Shown here piece by piece: positions 50,447 through 61,689 of a stretch of 64,000 nucleotides of DNA. The notes under the pieces are model-generated. The model made no database searches and was not told the DNA's origin. It was given only the letters and a program-made list of their open reading frames with translations. A program made the translations under genes and the position numbers. Source of the stretch: Octopus vulgaris (taxonomy: Eukaryota); the NCBI GenBank assembly GCA_951406725.2, contig OX597817.1:35340001-35404000 (forward strand). Reading direction: 5' to 3'. Each line of letters opens with the position of its first letter. Position 1 is the first letter of the stretch.

Positions 50447-51683
50447 CTAGTCGGATATATGATGCAACATCATTTCATTTAGACTTGTAGTTTGTTATTT
50501 CAATTATTTAGGTTGCACCTAGCTGCATATTATTGTTTTGTAACCATAGCCTACCAGCTTACCAGTCCTGGTCAAAGTGTCCAACTCATGCCTACATGGA
50601 CAACAGACGTTAAATGATGATGATGATGATGATGTACAGCACCACAAAAGTCCCATTTTCTACTTGCATTGAAAACAACTATTTATTTTTTAGATTGAAA
50701 TCAGACTTGCTCTAAAAATGCTGCTTTCTTCCTCTTTCAAATAAAAAAAAAACCCAACCAAACACTGATAAATACCCTCAGTTGTAATTCACCCACTTTC
50801 TGTACACACACACACACACACACTCTGCACTATTCATCTACCACATTACTATACTATTTATACTCCAACACTGTGACACATCACACCCTTTTCTATTATT
50901 CTGAACATTCACATATAGTTACTTTCATACATAATACCATTTATACATAATGTGCTCTTTAAACCATAAAATTTCCCATGTTTATTTCACTTAAGCCAAT
51001 ATACTCTCTCTCTCTCTCTCTCACGCACACACACACATGCAAACACACACTCTTTCTTTTACCTGCAAAATAACAATCTAATCATTCACATTCACCATCC
51101 TGGTTTCCTAAAACCAGCACCTTGCATCAATGAATTGAGTGTGTTATGACCACATAGTCATTGTAAAAAAGGTGAACCTGTCCTCCTGTGACAAATACAC
51201 CTGTGATTAGCATATTTGCATTCTAATCTGCTAAAACATATTAAGAATAAATACGCAAAGCACCACTCTTTTGTTTCCTCCACCTCTTTCTTCTGTTCTG
51301 CTCTTGATGAAGGCCTACAATCTGAAACATTGATTTTTACTCTGTTCCTTTCTTACAATATAATTATATATTTTGTTCACTTTTCCCATTTTCTTGCTAC
51401 TGTTTGTCTCATATTTTTGTTTTTAAGATGATAATTGGATATTCTATTAGCATACTAATGCAAACAATCCCTATTACCATTCAATAATTTTACTAATAAT
51501 AACTTAGTAATTACACAGGTGCGTATTACTTTCTGATAATCAACACATCTTTATATTTCAGGTGTATCATGGATGAACTGGACACTACTGACCGCAGTCA
51601 TTTGTGTACTTCCAGTTATCTGTGCTTTCAGAAACAAATTTCGTCGCATCGAAATCGACAAGAAATATTTATCTCCCAGCTAA
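13817..51683 (+). CDS. SLC49A4: SLC49A4/DIRC2-like MFS transporter (FLVCR/SLC49 family), 12 coding exons, 482 aa; join(13817..14141,16341..16431,23261..23424,23523..23580,25178..25206,26037..26087,29538..29667,34732..34840,36936..37003,44653..44771,48231..48413,51562..51683)
   Basis: All introns are GT-AG and phases chain without a stop (1449 nt in total). Family motifs occur in the correct order: [79 protein letters not shown]. Length is close to vertebrate DIRC2. Ortholog versus paralog status is unresolved. Confidence 0.88.
14310..14605 (-). mobile_element. tRNA-derived SINE, family E
   Basis: tRNA-like head on the minus strand at about 14545-14603 (agtggtt...gagttcaaaa). Confidence 0.65.
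16341..16431 (+). CDS. SLC49A4: SLC49A4-like coding exon 2 ([31 protein letters not shown])
   Basis: tttttttaag acceptor, TG|gtaaat donor, phase 1 to 2. Matches the DIRC2 GLR...GTGLRCI segment. Confidence 0.88.
16480..17380 (+). mobile_element. Old RTE RT fragment interrupted by a younger antisense RTE-tail copy (16862-17160)
   Basis: [31 protein letters not shown] is homologous to 32750-32950. Confidence 0.6.
18023..20866 (-). pseudogene. CR1 LINE ORF2 (AP endonuclease + reverse transcriptase), single frame with two in-frame TAG stops
   Basis: NARSL, VTETW, GDFN, DLL, SDH (APE); [30 protein letters not shown] (RT). The three ORF-track pieces are in the same frame, separated only by stops at 20084-20086 and 18533-18535. 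Confidence 0.9.
20830..22002 (-). CDS. CR1 LINE ORF1p, 390 aa: PHD-like Cys finger, polyQ tract, coiled coil, RRM-like C-terminal region
   Basis: Open ORF. CHIC..CGTC..CLQC..CQAC; [12 protein letters not shown] coil; RLG...KPRLIKLSF motif typical of CR1/L2 ORF1. Confidence 0.82.
23261..23424 (+). CDS. SLC49A4: SLC49A4-like coding exon 3 ([10 protein letters not shown]...[17 protein letters not shown]...LFVG)
   Basis: ttttatttag acceptor, G|gtaagt donor, phase 2 to 1. Contains the MFS WF..R.TAT motif. Confidence 0.9.
23523..23580 (+). CDS. SLC49A4: SLC49A4-like coding exon 4 ([19 protein letters not shown])
   Basis: Follows a 98-nt intron; tgtcaag acceptor, AG|gtgaat donor, phase 1 to 2. GPLIV motif followed by N-glycosylation sequons. 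Confidence 0.85.
23790..24250 (+). mobile_element. Probable RTE-type LINE 5'UTR fragment
   Basis: gattgggcttttggcttgcaccctgtccatggaagaacttcaagctacggaaac resembles the conserved RTE 5'UTR block. Recognised by pattern only. Confidence 0.45.
24895..25044 (-). mobile_element. pogo/Tigger-type non-autonomous fragment
   Basis: Aligns with 36278-36452, including the terminal gtgaggtattactg|ta. Confidence 0.55.
25178..25206 (+). CDS. SLC49A4: SLC49A4-like coding exon 5, 29-nt microexon ([11 protein letters not shown])
   Basis: cttcttttatag acceptor, G|gtgagt donor. It supplies the phase 2-to-1 bridge required between exons 4 and 6. Confidence 0.75.
26037..26087 (+). CDS. SLC49A4: SLC49A4-like coding exon 6 ([17 protein letters not shown])
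   Basis: tttactttacag acceptor, G|gtcagt donor, phase 1 to 1. Resembles the DIRC2 I..VLYAE segment. Confidence 0.82.
26330..26543 (-). mobile_element. SINE family B variant nested in the MITE
   Basis: Flanked by an attt(c/t)gatgatgttatt target duplication. Confidence 0.8.
26576..27533 (-). mobile_element. Non-autonomous Helitron-like element
   Basis: Minus strand starts TCTATATAAATAAAA..(TGTC)n and ends with a cctg..cagg hairpin followed by CTAG. No TSD. Confidence 0.65.
28240..28660 (-). mobile_element. SINE family B with tandemly duplicated 3' two-thirds
   Basis: 28243-28428 repeats 28429-28608, and the head is present only once. Flanked by a shared aaaaataaacttct. Confidence 0.8.
29538..29667 (+). 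CDS. SLC49A4: SLC49A4-like coding exon 7 ([44 protein letters not shown])
   Basis: ttttgaag acceptor, AA|gtaaga donor, phase 1 to 2. Contains the P.KPP.PP motif typical of SLC49. Confidence 0.9.
30151..31004. mobile_element. Foldback/MITE-like element with ~330-bp inverted arms
   Basis: About 30265-30593 is the diverged reverse complement of about 30669-30997. It is inserted in an old RTE-tail copy, with gagtgta on both sides. Confidence 0.7.
31092..34467 (+). mobile_element. 5'-truncated, degenerate RTE-clade LINE with complete 3'UTR ending in (GAT)n
   Basis: GDFNG, SQIDYIL, QHRLVV (APE); [26 protein letters not shown] at 32929-32940; RGRPRKTW C-terminus; several stops and frameshifts; tandem-unit 3'UTR. 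Confidence 0.9.
34732..34840 (+). CDS. SLC49A4: SLC49A4-like coding exon 8 ([11 protein letters not shown]...HHISQ)
   Basis: cctttttcag acceptor, CAG|gtaaaa donor, phase 2 to 0. Confidence 0.88.
35524..35819 (-). mobile_element. 5'-truncated SINE family C ending in a foldback inversion
   Basis: Reverse complement of 47250-47516, with a 36-bp inverted segment at the truncation point. Confidence 0.8.
35880..36147 (+). mobile_element. RTE RT C-terminal fragment
   Basis: [36 protein letters not shown], homologous to 33290-33500. Confidence 0.7.
36150..36452 (-). mobile_element. pogo/Tigger transposase C-terminal relic with one TIR
   Basis: [22 protein letters not shown] has a PIP-box-like end typical of pogo/Tigger transposases; TA|cagtaatatctcac terminus. 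Confidence 0.6.
36936..37003 (+). CDS. SLC49A4: SLC49A4-like coding exon 9 ([23 protein letters not shown])
   Basis: ttcatttgcag acceptor, AG|gtaagg donor, phase 0 to 2. Encodes one TM helix. Confidence 0.85.
37380..38005 (-). mobile_element. RTE 3' end with tandemly repeated ORF-end/UTR units
   Basis: About three repeats of cttgac..gtcttctcaagca; (CAT)n tail at 37380. Confidence 0.65.
38030..38853 (-). mobile_element. Head-to-tail dimer of full-length SINE family A (38030-38447, 38455-38853)
   Basis: Both copies are reverse complements of 12118-12520. A further head half lies at about 39178-39333. Confidence 0.85.
39934..40234 (-). mobile_element. tRNA-derived SINE, family D, with 15-bp TSD
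   Basis: cactttgaataacat at 39919-39933 and 40235-40249. Head tggcctagtggttagagc..gggttcaaatc on the minus strand. Confidence 0.85.
42960..44000 (+). mobile_element. Internally deleted RTE copy (APE piece + linker piece + 3'UTR)
   Basis: Segments match 31350-31400, 32030-32290 and 33855-34467 joined together; ends in (GAT)n. Confidence 0.75.
44653..44771 (+). CDS. SLC49A4: SLC49A4-like coding exon 10 ([14 protein letters not shown]...[14 protein letters not shown])
   Basis: cccacag acceptor, G|gtgagt donor, phase 2 to 1. Has the R.AD MFS motif at the junction. Confidence 0.87.
45114..45310. repeat. TG-rich minisatellite, ~50-bp unit x3
   Basis: gcatgtatgtatctatgtttatgtgtat(GT)n repeated at about 45162, 45212 and 45262. 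Confidence 0.85.
47172..47516 (+). mobile_element. Full-length tRNA-derived SINE, family C
   Basis: A box tggctcagtggttagagc, B box-like gagctcgaatccc, tail (tttaccc)n. Confidence 0.85.
47608..47950 (-). mobile_element. SINE family A, 5'-truncated
   Basis: Near-identical to 38030-38390. Confidence 0.8.
48231..48413 (+). CDS. SLC49A4: SLC49A4-like coding exon 11 ([10 protein letters not shown]...[18 protein letters not shown]...IPNIG)
   Basis: Long polypyrimidine tract ending ttttcag, G|gtaagt donor, phase 1 to 1. Contains an E...E..(Y/F)P..EG motif. Confidence 0.9.
48545..48776 (+). mobile_element. SINE family B inserted into an old RTE fragment (about 48475-48980)
   Basis: TSD agtataaaggta at 48529-48540 and 48777-48788. 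Confidence 0.85.
49001..49694. repeat. Minisatellite: six conserved 55-68-bp cores separated by variable (TG)n tracts
   Basis: tttattcaggtatttgagtg(c/t)aactattactcattactctcttccggtagagtgg recurs six times. Confidence 0.9.
51562..51683 (+). CDS. SLC49A4: SLC49A4-like terminal coding exon 12 ([10 protein letters not shown]...[14 protein letters not shown])
   Basis: tatttcag acceptor; SWMNW and R...D C-terminal motif; TAA at 51681-51683. Confidence 0.88.
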
Positions 51684-51758
51684 CCTGAGACTGAATCCTT
51701 CCTCTCAAGAACAATTTTCCTACTCTCAAGTGATGATTAATAGAAATACATATACATA

Positions 51759-51805
<47 letters not shown>

Positions 51806-53011
51806 ATGCTAATTAGAGTATGGAATCAGTCAAAACTCTTTATACATAATAATCTGAGTTTCAAATCAACTCTTGTGAAAAATTGTATATATTTGGTTTG
51901 GATTCTTACTACCATAGCGCTTAAGTCATTAGTCATATCTCAACTGGATTTCAGCAACTCAACGTATTGAAGTAGTAGGTTTACTTCCAATACACACACA
52001 CACACACACACACACATACACACACACACACACATTTAGTGTGTATGGTATGTGTGTGGGTATGTTTCTTTTGTGTATATATACATATCTGCACATGTGT
52101 CTATAGAATAATTATGAATAGTGTATGATCAGACTGCTTTTCGATAATATAAATGACTTGAAAAATAAACAGATGGGTGTGGGAAAAAGTGTTGTTCTAT
52201 TTTATATAGGTTAAAATTATTTTTCTGATGAATGCTAGCATTATATTATGTCCCTGGGCTGGGTGCTTTGTTGTATACATGTGCCTTATTACACCTAGCA
52301 GTAAGTGGTTAGCATTAGGAAGGGCATCCAGCCATAGAAACTTTACCAAATCAGATCGGAACCTGGTGCAGTTCCCCTGGGTTACCAGTTTTCAGTCGGA
52401 CTGTCCAACCTATGCCAACGTGGAAAGCGGACATTAAATGATGACGATGATGATGATGATGATGATGATGCTGTTCCTTTCACTTTTAGTCTTATTGCAT
52501 TGACAAACGCAGTGTATCTATTCTACAAGGAGGATACACATAGTCAATATATATATATATAATATAGTTTTCAGAAGGGCATTGAGCTATAGAAGCTATG
52601 TCACAAATATAGATCCATCAACATTGCCTTGACAGGCAAAAATAATCAACTCAGACTGTGATGATCTGTCCAACTCCCCAGTCCATTCCATCATGAAAAG
52701 TGCACATAAAACGATTACAACGATGATAATATATGTGTGTGCGTGTGTTTATGTATTTATATAGCCATCTGTCTTCTCTGCCCAGTGTTCCTTGTATGGT
52801 CATGGAGTTAGAGTCCCTAGGTACTTCCTCCATAGAGTCTTGGATTCCCAAGCATGACCAACTGATACCATGTATAGTTTCCAACCATCCTGTTCTATGT
52901 ATACCTCTAAGCCTCTTGCCAGTTGAATTGGTTTGAAGAATATGTACCTCAACCCCTACAGATATTAATACATGTAGATAATGTATACATATCTGTATAT
53001 GAATAGATATA

Positions 53012-53428
53012 CCATAAATTCTGGACTACAGAGCACACCTGATTAAAAGCCGCATGCTCTAATTTTGGAAAGAAAATCAATTTTGTACTTGTACAAGCCG
53101 CCCTGGATTTTAAGCCGCAAGTATCTAACGTTGTAATATGAAATATTTACACAGAAAGATATTACATGTGAGGATATTTTAAACTTTTAATTTAATCCGT
53201 ATGGTAGAATAAACAAACACATATTGAATTGTGAAAGTTCTCTTGATTTATCGCCCAATTTCATTGGACTTCTGTGACCCACTCATCAATTTGATTGGTC
53301 TACTGTTGTGAGGCAAAATGTTTTTCATAGCATGACAAAAAAAAAACATGCATTAGCCGCACCATAGTATTGGCCGCAATGTTCAAAGTGTGGGAAAAAA
53401 GTAGCGGCTTATAGCTCGGAATTTATGG
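53012..53428. mobile_element. pogo/Tc1-mariner-type MITE in the probable 3'UTR
   Basis: TA|ccataaattctggacta ... tagctcggaatttatgg|TA, with internal repeated (a)agccgc motifs. Confidence 0.75.
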
Positions 53429-53940
53429 TATAATAATTCGTGGGGTGCATACAAAACAGTGAGAATCTGAACAATAGCACTTTAATTCATTCTAATACAT
53501 TCCTGCAGATTCAAACTTGAATGTCTAATCACTGATGTATTTCTTCATCAAAGAACACCTCCTCCTTTTAAATGATGTTTGTTTGTAACTTACACCCTTC
53601 ACCAGTGTGAAGGGGACTTTGAGATGTGGTGTTTCAACCTTGTTGTATGTCTCCTCAGTGAAACCTACTCCACTGGTCTGATGAATCTAATGAACACAAG
53701 TATCTGTTTATCTGTGTGTGTGTACTTGCATGTGTGTGCATGCACATGTATGCGTGTGTGTGTGTGGGGGGGATGTATGAATGTGTGTTTATTTTTTGCA
53801 ACTTTAAGGGGATATCTCTTGAGATTATTCAGACTCTGTGACTGTCTGATTTTACGGGTATCAATTAAATGTTGGGAGAACTTAAATATCATATCATAAT
53901 GGCCGAGGTAATTTTTCATTCAGTGTACTCCATGATTTCA

Positions 53941-54275
53941 CATACATACATACATACATACATACATACATACATACATACATACATACATACATACATA
54001 CATGGATGCATGCATGCATACATACATACATACATACATACATACATACATACATACATACATACATCATACATACATACATACATACATACATACATAC
54101 ATGGATGCATGCATGCATGCATGCATGCATACATACATACATACATACATACATACATACATACATACATACATACATACATACATACATACATACATAC
54201 ATGGATGCATGCATGCATGCATGCATACATACATACATACATACATACATACATACATACATGCATACTTACATA
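53941..54275. repeat. Compound (TACA)n/(TGCA)n microsatellite with ~100-bp periodic interruption
   Basis: tggatgcatgcatgca at about 54003, 54102 and 54202. Confidence 0.9.
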
Positions 54276-54570
54276 CACACTCTCTCTCATGCACACACCC
54301 ACCCACACACACACAAACACACACACACACACGCACAGATCCAGTTACAACTGTTTTAACCTGATATTGTTCGTGAAGAAACTAGGAAAAAATGACTTAA
54401 ATCCTAACTGGTATAAATTTTGGGGTTTACAATTTTATACAGAAGTATCTGTCCCCTTTAATTGTTTATATATATTTTTAACAAATGGAAGCAGCTCAAT
54501 TTTTAATTGTAAATTTCTGTGTAATCAAATGTTTGTTATCACTTCACATTGTTAATTTCAAATTTGTTAG

Positions 54571-54676
54571 AATAAAAGAAAAGAAAATGAAACAGATTAC
54601 AAAGACATTTATTTAAAAAAAATAATGAAATTATTGTATACAGTGCTCAGGTGCACCATTTATTTATGTTAATAAA
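54571..54676 (+). promoter_or_regulatory. Candidate polyadenylation signals (AATAAA at 54571 and 54671) for the transporter gene
   Basis: AATAAA hexamers lie in a non-repetitive AU-rich stretch, and the second is followed by a T/GT-rich tract. Other AATAAA occur earlier (about 52164 and 53208), so the assignment is uncertain. Confidence 0.3.
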
Positions 54677-54873
54677 ATATTTGAAAGTAATTGAGAGTTC
54701 TTTGTTTTTATAGTATTGTCTGCAGACAATCCATGCATTTGGGCTAAATTGAGTTCTTAAGCAATTGTCAGTGGATATTTGTTTACTTATAAATATTCGA
54801 AAACAGCAATCATGCTTATCTTCAATGGCTCAAATTAGCTGCTTTACTGAATCTGAAAAGTAACAATATCTTA

Positions 54874-55108
54874 TGTTGTGTTTGGGGAGGGTAATTTTCT
54901 TTTTGTGCCTTATAATGTAACACACTCACCGATAAAATTTCCACTTATTTCCTATTTTTATTTTCCTAAAATTTTCATTGCGTCTTGCAACCTTTACAAT
55001 AGTCTTGACTGTTTAGGAAAATAAAAATAAGAAATAAGTGGAAATTTTACTGGTGAGTGTGTTACATTATAAGGTACAAAAAGAAAATGACTCACCCCAG
55101 ACACAACA
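54874..55108. repeat. Foldback element, ~97-bp inverted arms with ~42-bp spacer
   Basis: tgttgtgtttgggg...ttttcctaaa pairs with tttaggaaaa...ccccagacacaaca. Confidence 0.85.
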
Positions 55109-55951
55109 GAATATGCTTCAACACACGAACTCATATAAAGAATCTTGCAAACCAAATCCAAAAATGAAAAACAATATCTTATTTTTTTCTTTCTTTTTTA
55201 CTATTTGAGAGGATTTATTTCTCTCTCTTTCTTTTTTATGCAGTCTTCTTTCTTTATTGTGCTAATGTACAATTTTCCCTATTGGCATGATTTCCATGAG
55301 GTTTGCTTGTTATTACTCCAATTATCTTTATAAGGACTAACATCCTTTGATGTAGCAACTCCATATGAAGCATATGAAGGCGATTGTGGTTACGATATTC
55401 ACTTTGGAACAAGGTGGTTTCAGGTTCAGTCCCACTGTGCAGCACCTTGTGTAACTATCCTCTACTACAGGCTTTGACTTTGGGCCAATATATACATATG
55501 TATGTAAAAGTATTTGTTAGGCTTTCCATACTGGCATAGGTAAAATGGTTTGACAGGATTTTTCAGGTCGGAAGATCACATTTCATTCCAATGTCTCAGT
55601 TTTTACAGGATTTCTACAGCTGAATGCCATTCATAACGCAAACCAAAAAGTATGTATGTGTATGTGCATGTGTGTATAAATATTTACACACACACACACA
55701 CACATACATTCTTTGTCAAGAATAATATTGAAAGTGACTTCGAAGTTTTGGCCGGTTAAGCCCTCATTGGACTGTAATGTATTAAGTTAATCTTGGCTTT
55801 ATTTAGTTTCTGTTGTGATAAAATTTTTCTAGGGGTTTGTGGGGTTCAGTTGAATGGCAATTAGTTGTAAGTTAAGTTGTAATGGAGTGTTGTGGAGAAA
55901 TGTCTATTGATTAAATTTGGGGTTATGTTTTTCTTCAGAATATATTCATAT

Positions 55952-57298
<1,347 letters not shown>

Positions 57299-57919
57299 TA
57301 CATGTAGGACTTCCTAGACAAGTGTGTATACTTAGGTGTGACAGTTTAAGTTATGGAATTGTTCTTTAGTGCTTTACAAAAAGGATGTGATATATGTTAG
57401 TGGATGTGATATATGTGATATATGGCAGTCTTTAGTATTTGTTACTTTTGGTTTTATTGGATTTAATCCTTTGTTCTGGCAATATAAATTTCAAAGTTTA
57501 ATCAAGCATTTAAAAACTTAGTAATTAGGTGTGTCAGCATATTTTGTAATGAAATTTCAAATGATTTACAAAAGGATGTAAGAAGGTTGTGTGTTTTAGC
57601 TGGCCAGTAAGTTTATCTACTTGCTGTTGATGTTAATTAGGGTCTGTTTGTATTTAGAAGGTGTAGGTTATTACTCAAGCATTTCAAGGTGTTGTTAGTA
57701 TAGAAATTTTTTGATGTTCACAAGAGGATGTGGGTAGTATGTTGGTCAGTATATTTCTCGCTGGAGGTCCTTTGTTCTATCTGTAAATTGATTAATATGT
57801 AGAAATTTAAACCATAGGGATTTATGAAGGCAGGGTTTGTGGGCTATGTGTTTATAAACATTTTTTTCAATTTTGTTTTAAATGTGGGTATTTTATAATA
57901 TATTCTGGGCCAAGTGTGA

Positions 57920-59330
57920 GCAACCCCTGGCATGCGTGCCAAACACGTCATGCCAATAACTTGTTTCTGGCACGTGAAACCCTTTCTCTAGTAACCCTCC
58001 ATTTAACGACTTTCTCTCAATAGTATACAACAACATTTTATTGCTCAGATACATTTTACATTACAAATTAGGCCTACCTTTATTTAATGATCTCTCAGAC
58101 CCAACCAATGTTTTGGTTTCAGCCTCCGAAACTGGTCTTCATTGATAAAACAACCACCTCACCTACTTATTCAAAATTTCTTTACTGATCTTTGTGCCAC
58201 TCCCCTCCTACCATTTTGTGGGGATAGCAAACTATTTTATTTTATTTACTTTAATTAAAAAAAACTAATAAAAAGTAAAGTAGTTTGAGCAAACTTATTA
58301 ATCACTTAATAATATTTTACTTTTCTTCTTCCTCCTTTTTTCACGTATAATCATTATCTCATGTATGTTTTTTCTGCCCTTTATACATTGTGCAGAATAT
58401 CAGAACCACCAGATAAGAAGGGCGGCGAGCTGGCAGAATCGTTAGCACGCCGGGAGAAATGCGTAGCCGTATTTCGTCTGCCGTTACATTCTGAGTTCAA
58501 ATTCCGCCGAGGTTGACTTTGCCTTTCATCCTTTTGGGGTCGATAAATTAAGTACCAGTTACGCACTGGGGGTCGATGTAATCGACTTAATCCGTTTGTC
58601 TGTCCTTGTTTATCCCCTCTATGTTTAGCCCCTTGTGGGTAGTAAAGAAATAAGAACCACCAGATAAGAAACGATGTCATTCAACTGAAGAGGTTATTAG
58701 AGAATTTCAAAAATACTGGACTGAAAATTCTGGTATGATTAAGAGAGACAATAAAGCATTATGTATGTTCTGTTCCGAAACTGTTGTTTGTAGAACCTCT
58801 TCTGTAAAAAGGCATTTTGAAAGTGTCCATAAGAACTTAAGCAATAAAACTGAAGACGAACAAAGAGAATTAATTTCTCGTGAACTCAGCAAAACAAAAA
58901 CACAGGCTGATACTTTTATAATCTTTATCTTGGGCAAGCCCAGTTCCAACTTAGTTGCTGCTCGTTTTGAATTTTCAAACGTTATTGCCCAGCATGGAAA
59001 GCCACTCAGTGATGGGGAATATATTAAAGAAGCTTGGCTAGAGTGTGCACCTTTCCTTTTTAACAAGTTTTCAGAAAAGGAAAAGGTTATTCAGTGCATT
59101 AAAGAATTGTCTGTGAGTAGGAAAACAGTTAAGGATGGAATACTTAAATTGGAGAAGAATACTTCTGAACAATTGACAAAAAGATTTGTCTTCATGTAAG
59201 TTTTTTTTTTCTATTTGTATTGGTGAAAGTATGGACATTACATCATCAGCTAAGTTAGCCATTTTTTCTCGATTTTGTAAAGGTGATGAAATATGTGAAA
59301 AGATGGTTGCTCTTCAAACACTGAAGATGC
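57920..59330 (+). mobile_element. hAT (Buster/Charlie, GTF2IRD2-like) transposon relic; transposase N-terminal part at about 58674-59320
   Basis: BED finger KALCMFC..SSVKRHFESVH; GKPLSDGEYIKE; SVSRKTV; FSICIGESMDITSSAKLAIF (first catalytic D region, mutated). Frameshifted and truncated. Confidence 0.8.
58420..58652 (+). mobile_element. Young SINE family B inserted in the hAT element
   Basis: Perfect 18-bp TSD agaaccaccagataagaa at 58402-58419 and 58653-58670. Confidence 0.9.
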
Positions 59331-59584
59331 TAAAACAACGATGTTGATGATGAGGTTGGTGATGATGATGATGATGATAATGGGGATGATGAGGATATTT
59401 CCCCATGACTCTTATGATTTTTCTCTGTTTTGGATAGATTCCATTGTTAGCACATTGTCCCGTTGCATAAAATATCCCAACTATAACAACTGTCTCTTCT
59501 GCACTCATTTACTGTCCAACTATATGCCCAATTCATTACTGCATCATCTTTCATGAAAGTTAACGTTATGCATTCAATAGAGAT

Positions 59585-59618
<34 letters not shown>

Positions 59619-60114
59619 GTATGTCAATGACGCGTCCTCATGCGTTATCCCGTTACTTCCTATCCCGCATATCTTTGCACTGCGAAAAGATACTCTTTGT
59701 TACCCAAAGAAGTAATAATTCTTTAAACTTCTGCTCGTTTTCATGATTTATCTTGGTGCAAAAATAATTGCAGTTAGCTGTTAAATTTAAGGCATCATAA
59801 CTCAGTGCACAAGGAATGTTGGAACTTTTGGAAATATCTGAATTCTACAGCTACTCTTGAGTTTAAAAAGGCTGATCACTACTTTCTGGACATTTCTAAT
59901 TTCCATTAGTGAAATGACACTGTTGTGAGTTAATAAACAGAAAATATAATAGTTACATACGTGTAGTGTATGTTTGTGAATGGCTACAAGTATAGTGGTG
60001 GGGTTAAGAAGGTCACTTTACAACCAGTTAACCCATACATTGTGTGTGGAATTTGGTGTGCAGAAGCCCGTTTTGCTAATGGCCGTGTGTGTTTATATCT
60101 TTTAGTGACAGTTA

Positions 60115-60510
60115 CAGACATCCTAGACTACATTCCACCAATAGGCTATTCAACTGATTGGCTGGAGTCGCTTTGATTCTACCGATTCAACTAATGTCAC
60201 TCATCGACACACTCCAGCCCTTGGCCCACAAAAATGCTGTCTCCTTACTCCATCTCGTCCACTGTTATTGAGGCCTCTTTTTCTATGATCTGGATGATCT
60301 TGTGTCAACCCAAATCATTCGTCTTTTCTCTTCCCGCCATCCGTACTATGTCTCGCCTTTACATACCGTGTAGTAAGCACTATGCTTAGTCCTTCTCCAG
60401 TACAATATCTCTCTGGAATTCCCTATCTGACTATGTTTTTGTTTTCCTGGCTGCCATCAACACGCCTTTATTGAAGAACACCTATTACGTCAACCTCGCC
60501 TTCCTAGAAG
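60115..60510 (+). mobile_element. Degenerate CR1/Jockey-like LINE 3' fragment
   Basis: Remnants of DTLQPLAH..AVS and SLWNSL...VF motifs. Confidence 0.45.
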
Positions 60511-61284
60511 AACTTTAAAGGTTATGGGCTCAAACCATGTCTTCAGACCAAACCACACTTCTCTCTTGTCAGAACCATCAACAGAATTTCCTTCTTCTCA
60601 CACGATCTCTTCAGCTTCATCTCTGTTCAATTTATTAGTAATCTTTCTGTTTCGTGCAAACTTGCTTTATTTTTGTTATTTAAATCTCTTAAGTTGAAAA
60701 TAAGGATATCAATAGACAGAACTATAAGATAAATGCACAAGGAAAAGTGAAGCACAGAAAAGAAATACAGACACCCACATAGTGAATGAGGGCGGGAAAA
60801 AACAAGATAGAACGAGAAAATATAGATGAGCAAATCTAAGGGTAGAGAGAGGGAGAGAGGGAGGTAGAATGACAGATAGATAAATCGATCGATAGCATGT
60901 TGTGTACGATAAACATGATCACATGATCACTGAAATTAAAATATGAAGTCAACTGTATTCAATTGTCTTTTCTCGTCGTTACTCTAGGGAGTTGGTTGGC
61001 GTACAAAATTCAACCACAATGGGAATTATTTCTGACTTTAAAGGATGAAAATGAATAAAAGAAAAAAGGAAAAATAAAAAGAAAAAAAAGAAGCTAAATG
61101 GGAGCTATTTTGTAGTCCTCGTTCAATTAACAGAAGAGAATATTCCAGACACCTTCAAGCAGATCTCAATGATTGCATTGTATTAATTCACTGCCGCACA
61201 ATTCAATAATTTTTTCAATTTCTCTTTCCAATTCTATTTTCGGAGACATCATTAATGTTGTTGTTGTTGTTGTTATTAAGGTGA

Positions 61285-61650
61285 AGGCGGTGAGCTGGCA
61301 GATTCGTTAATGTGTCGGACAAAATACCTAGTGGTATTTCTTCCGATTCATTAAGTTCTGGGGTCAAATTACGCCAGGGTCAACTTTGCCTTTTATTCCT
61401 CCGGAGTCGATAAAGTAAGTACCAATGAAGTACTGAAATCAATGCAAACGACTTAACCTTCCCTTGAAAATTACTGACCGTGTGCCAAATTTAGAAAAGA
61501 TTATTATCATTAAGGCGGAAAGCTGGTAGAATCGTTACCACATCAGACAAAATGTTTCGCAGCATATTTTTTTTTACTCTTTACGTTCCGAGTTCAAACT
61601 CCGTCCAGGTCAGCTTTCCTTACGTCCTTTGGGGACTGATAAAATAACTA
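61285..61650 (+). mobile_element. Two old tandem SINE family B copies
   Basis: aaggcggtgagctggcaga at about 61284 and aaggcggaaagctggtaga at about 61512. Confidence 0.65.
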
Positions 61651-61689
61651 ACACTGAGAATAAATAATAATATTTGGATATTATTATTT

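Noticed and set aside
51295-51335. Hammerhead ribozyme-like cores (ttgatga..gaaac here; ctgatga at about 53677; ctgaaga at about 6791)
   Set aside because: Core nucleotides or the GAAA segment are missing and stems I/III could not be closed. At most these are decayed Penelope-type remnants.
53869-54555. 228-aa and overlapping His/Thr/Tyr/Ile- or Cys/Val-rich ORFs (also 45088-45373, 49213-49668, 56715-57062, 7670-8016)
   Set aside because: These are translations of microsatellites or purine tracts, with no splice or domain support.
57300-57900. Penelope-like element fragment on the minus strand
   Set aside because: Only vague motif remnants are visible, too degenerate to support.
58674-59320. 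Domesticated GTF2IRD2/ZBED-like host gene
   Set aside because: It has stops and frameshifts, a mutated catalytic region and truncation, so it is a dead hAT copy.
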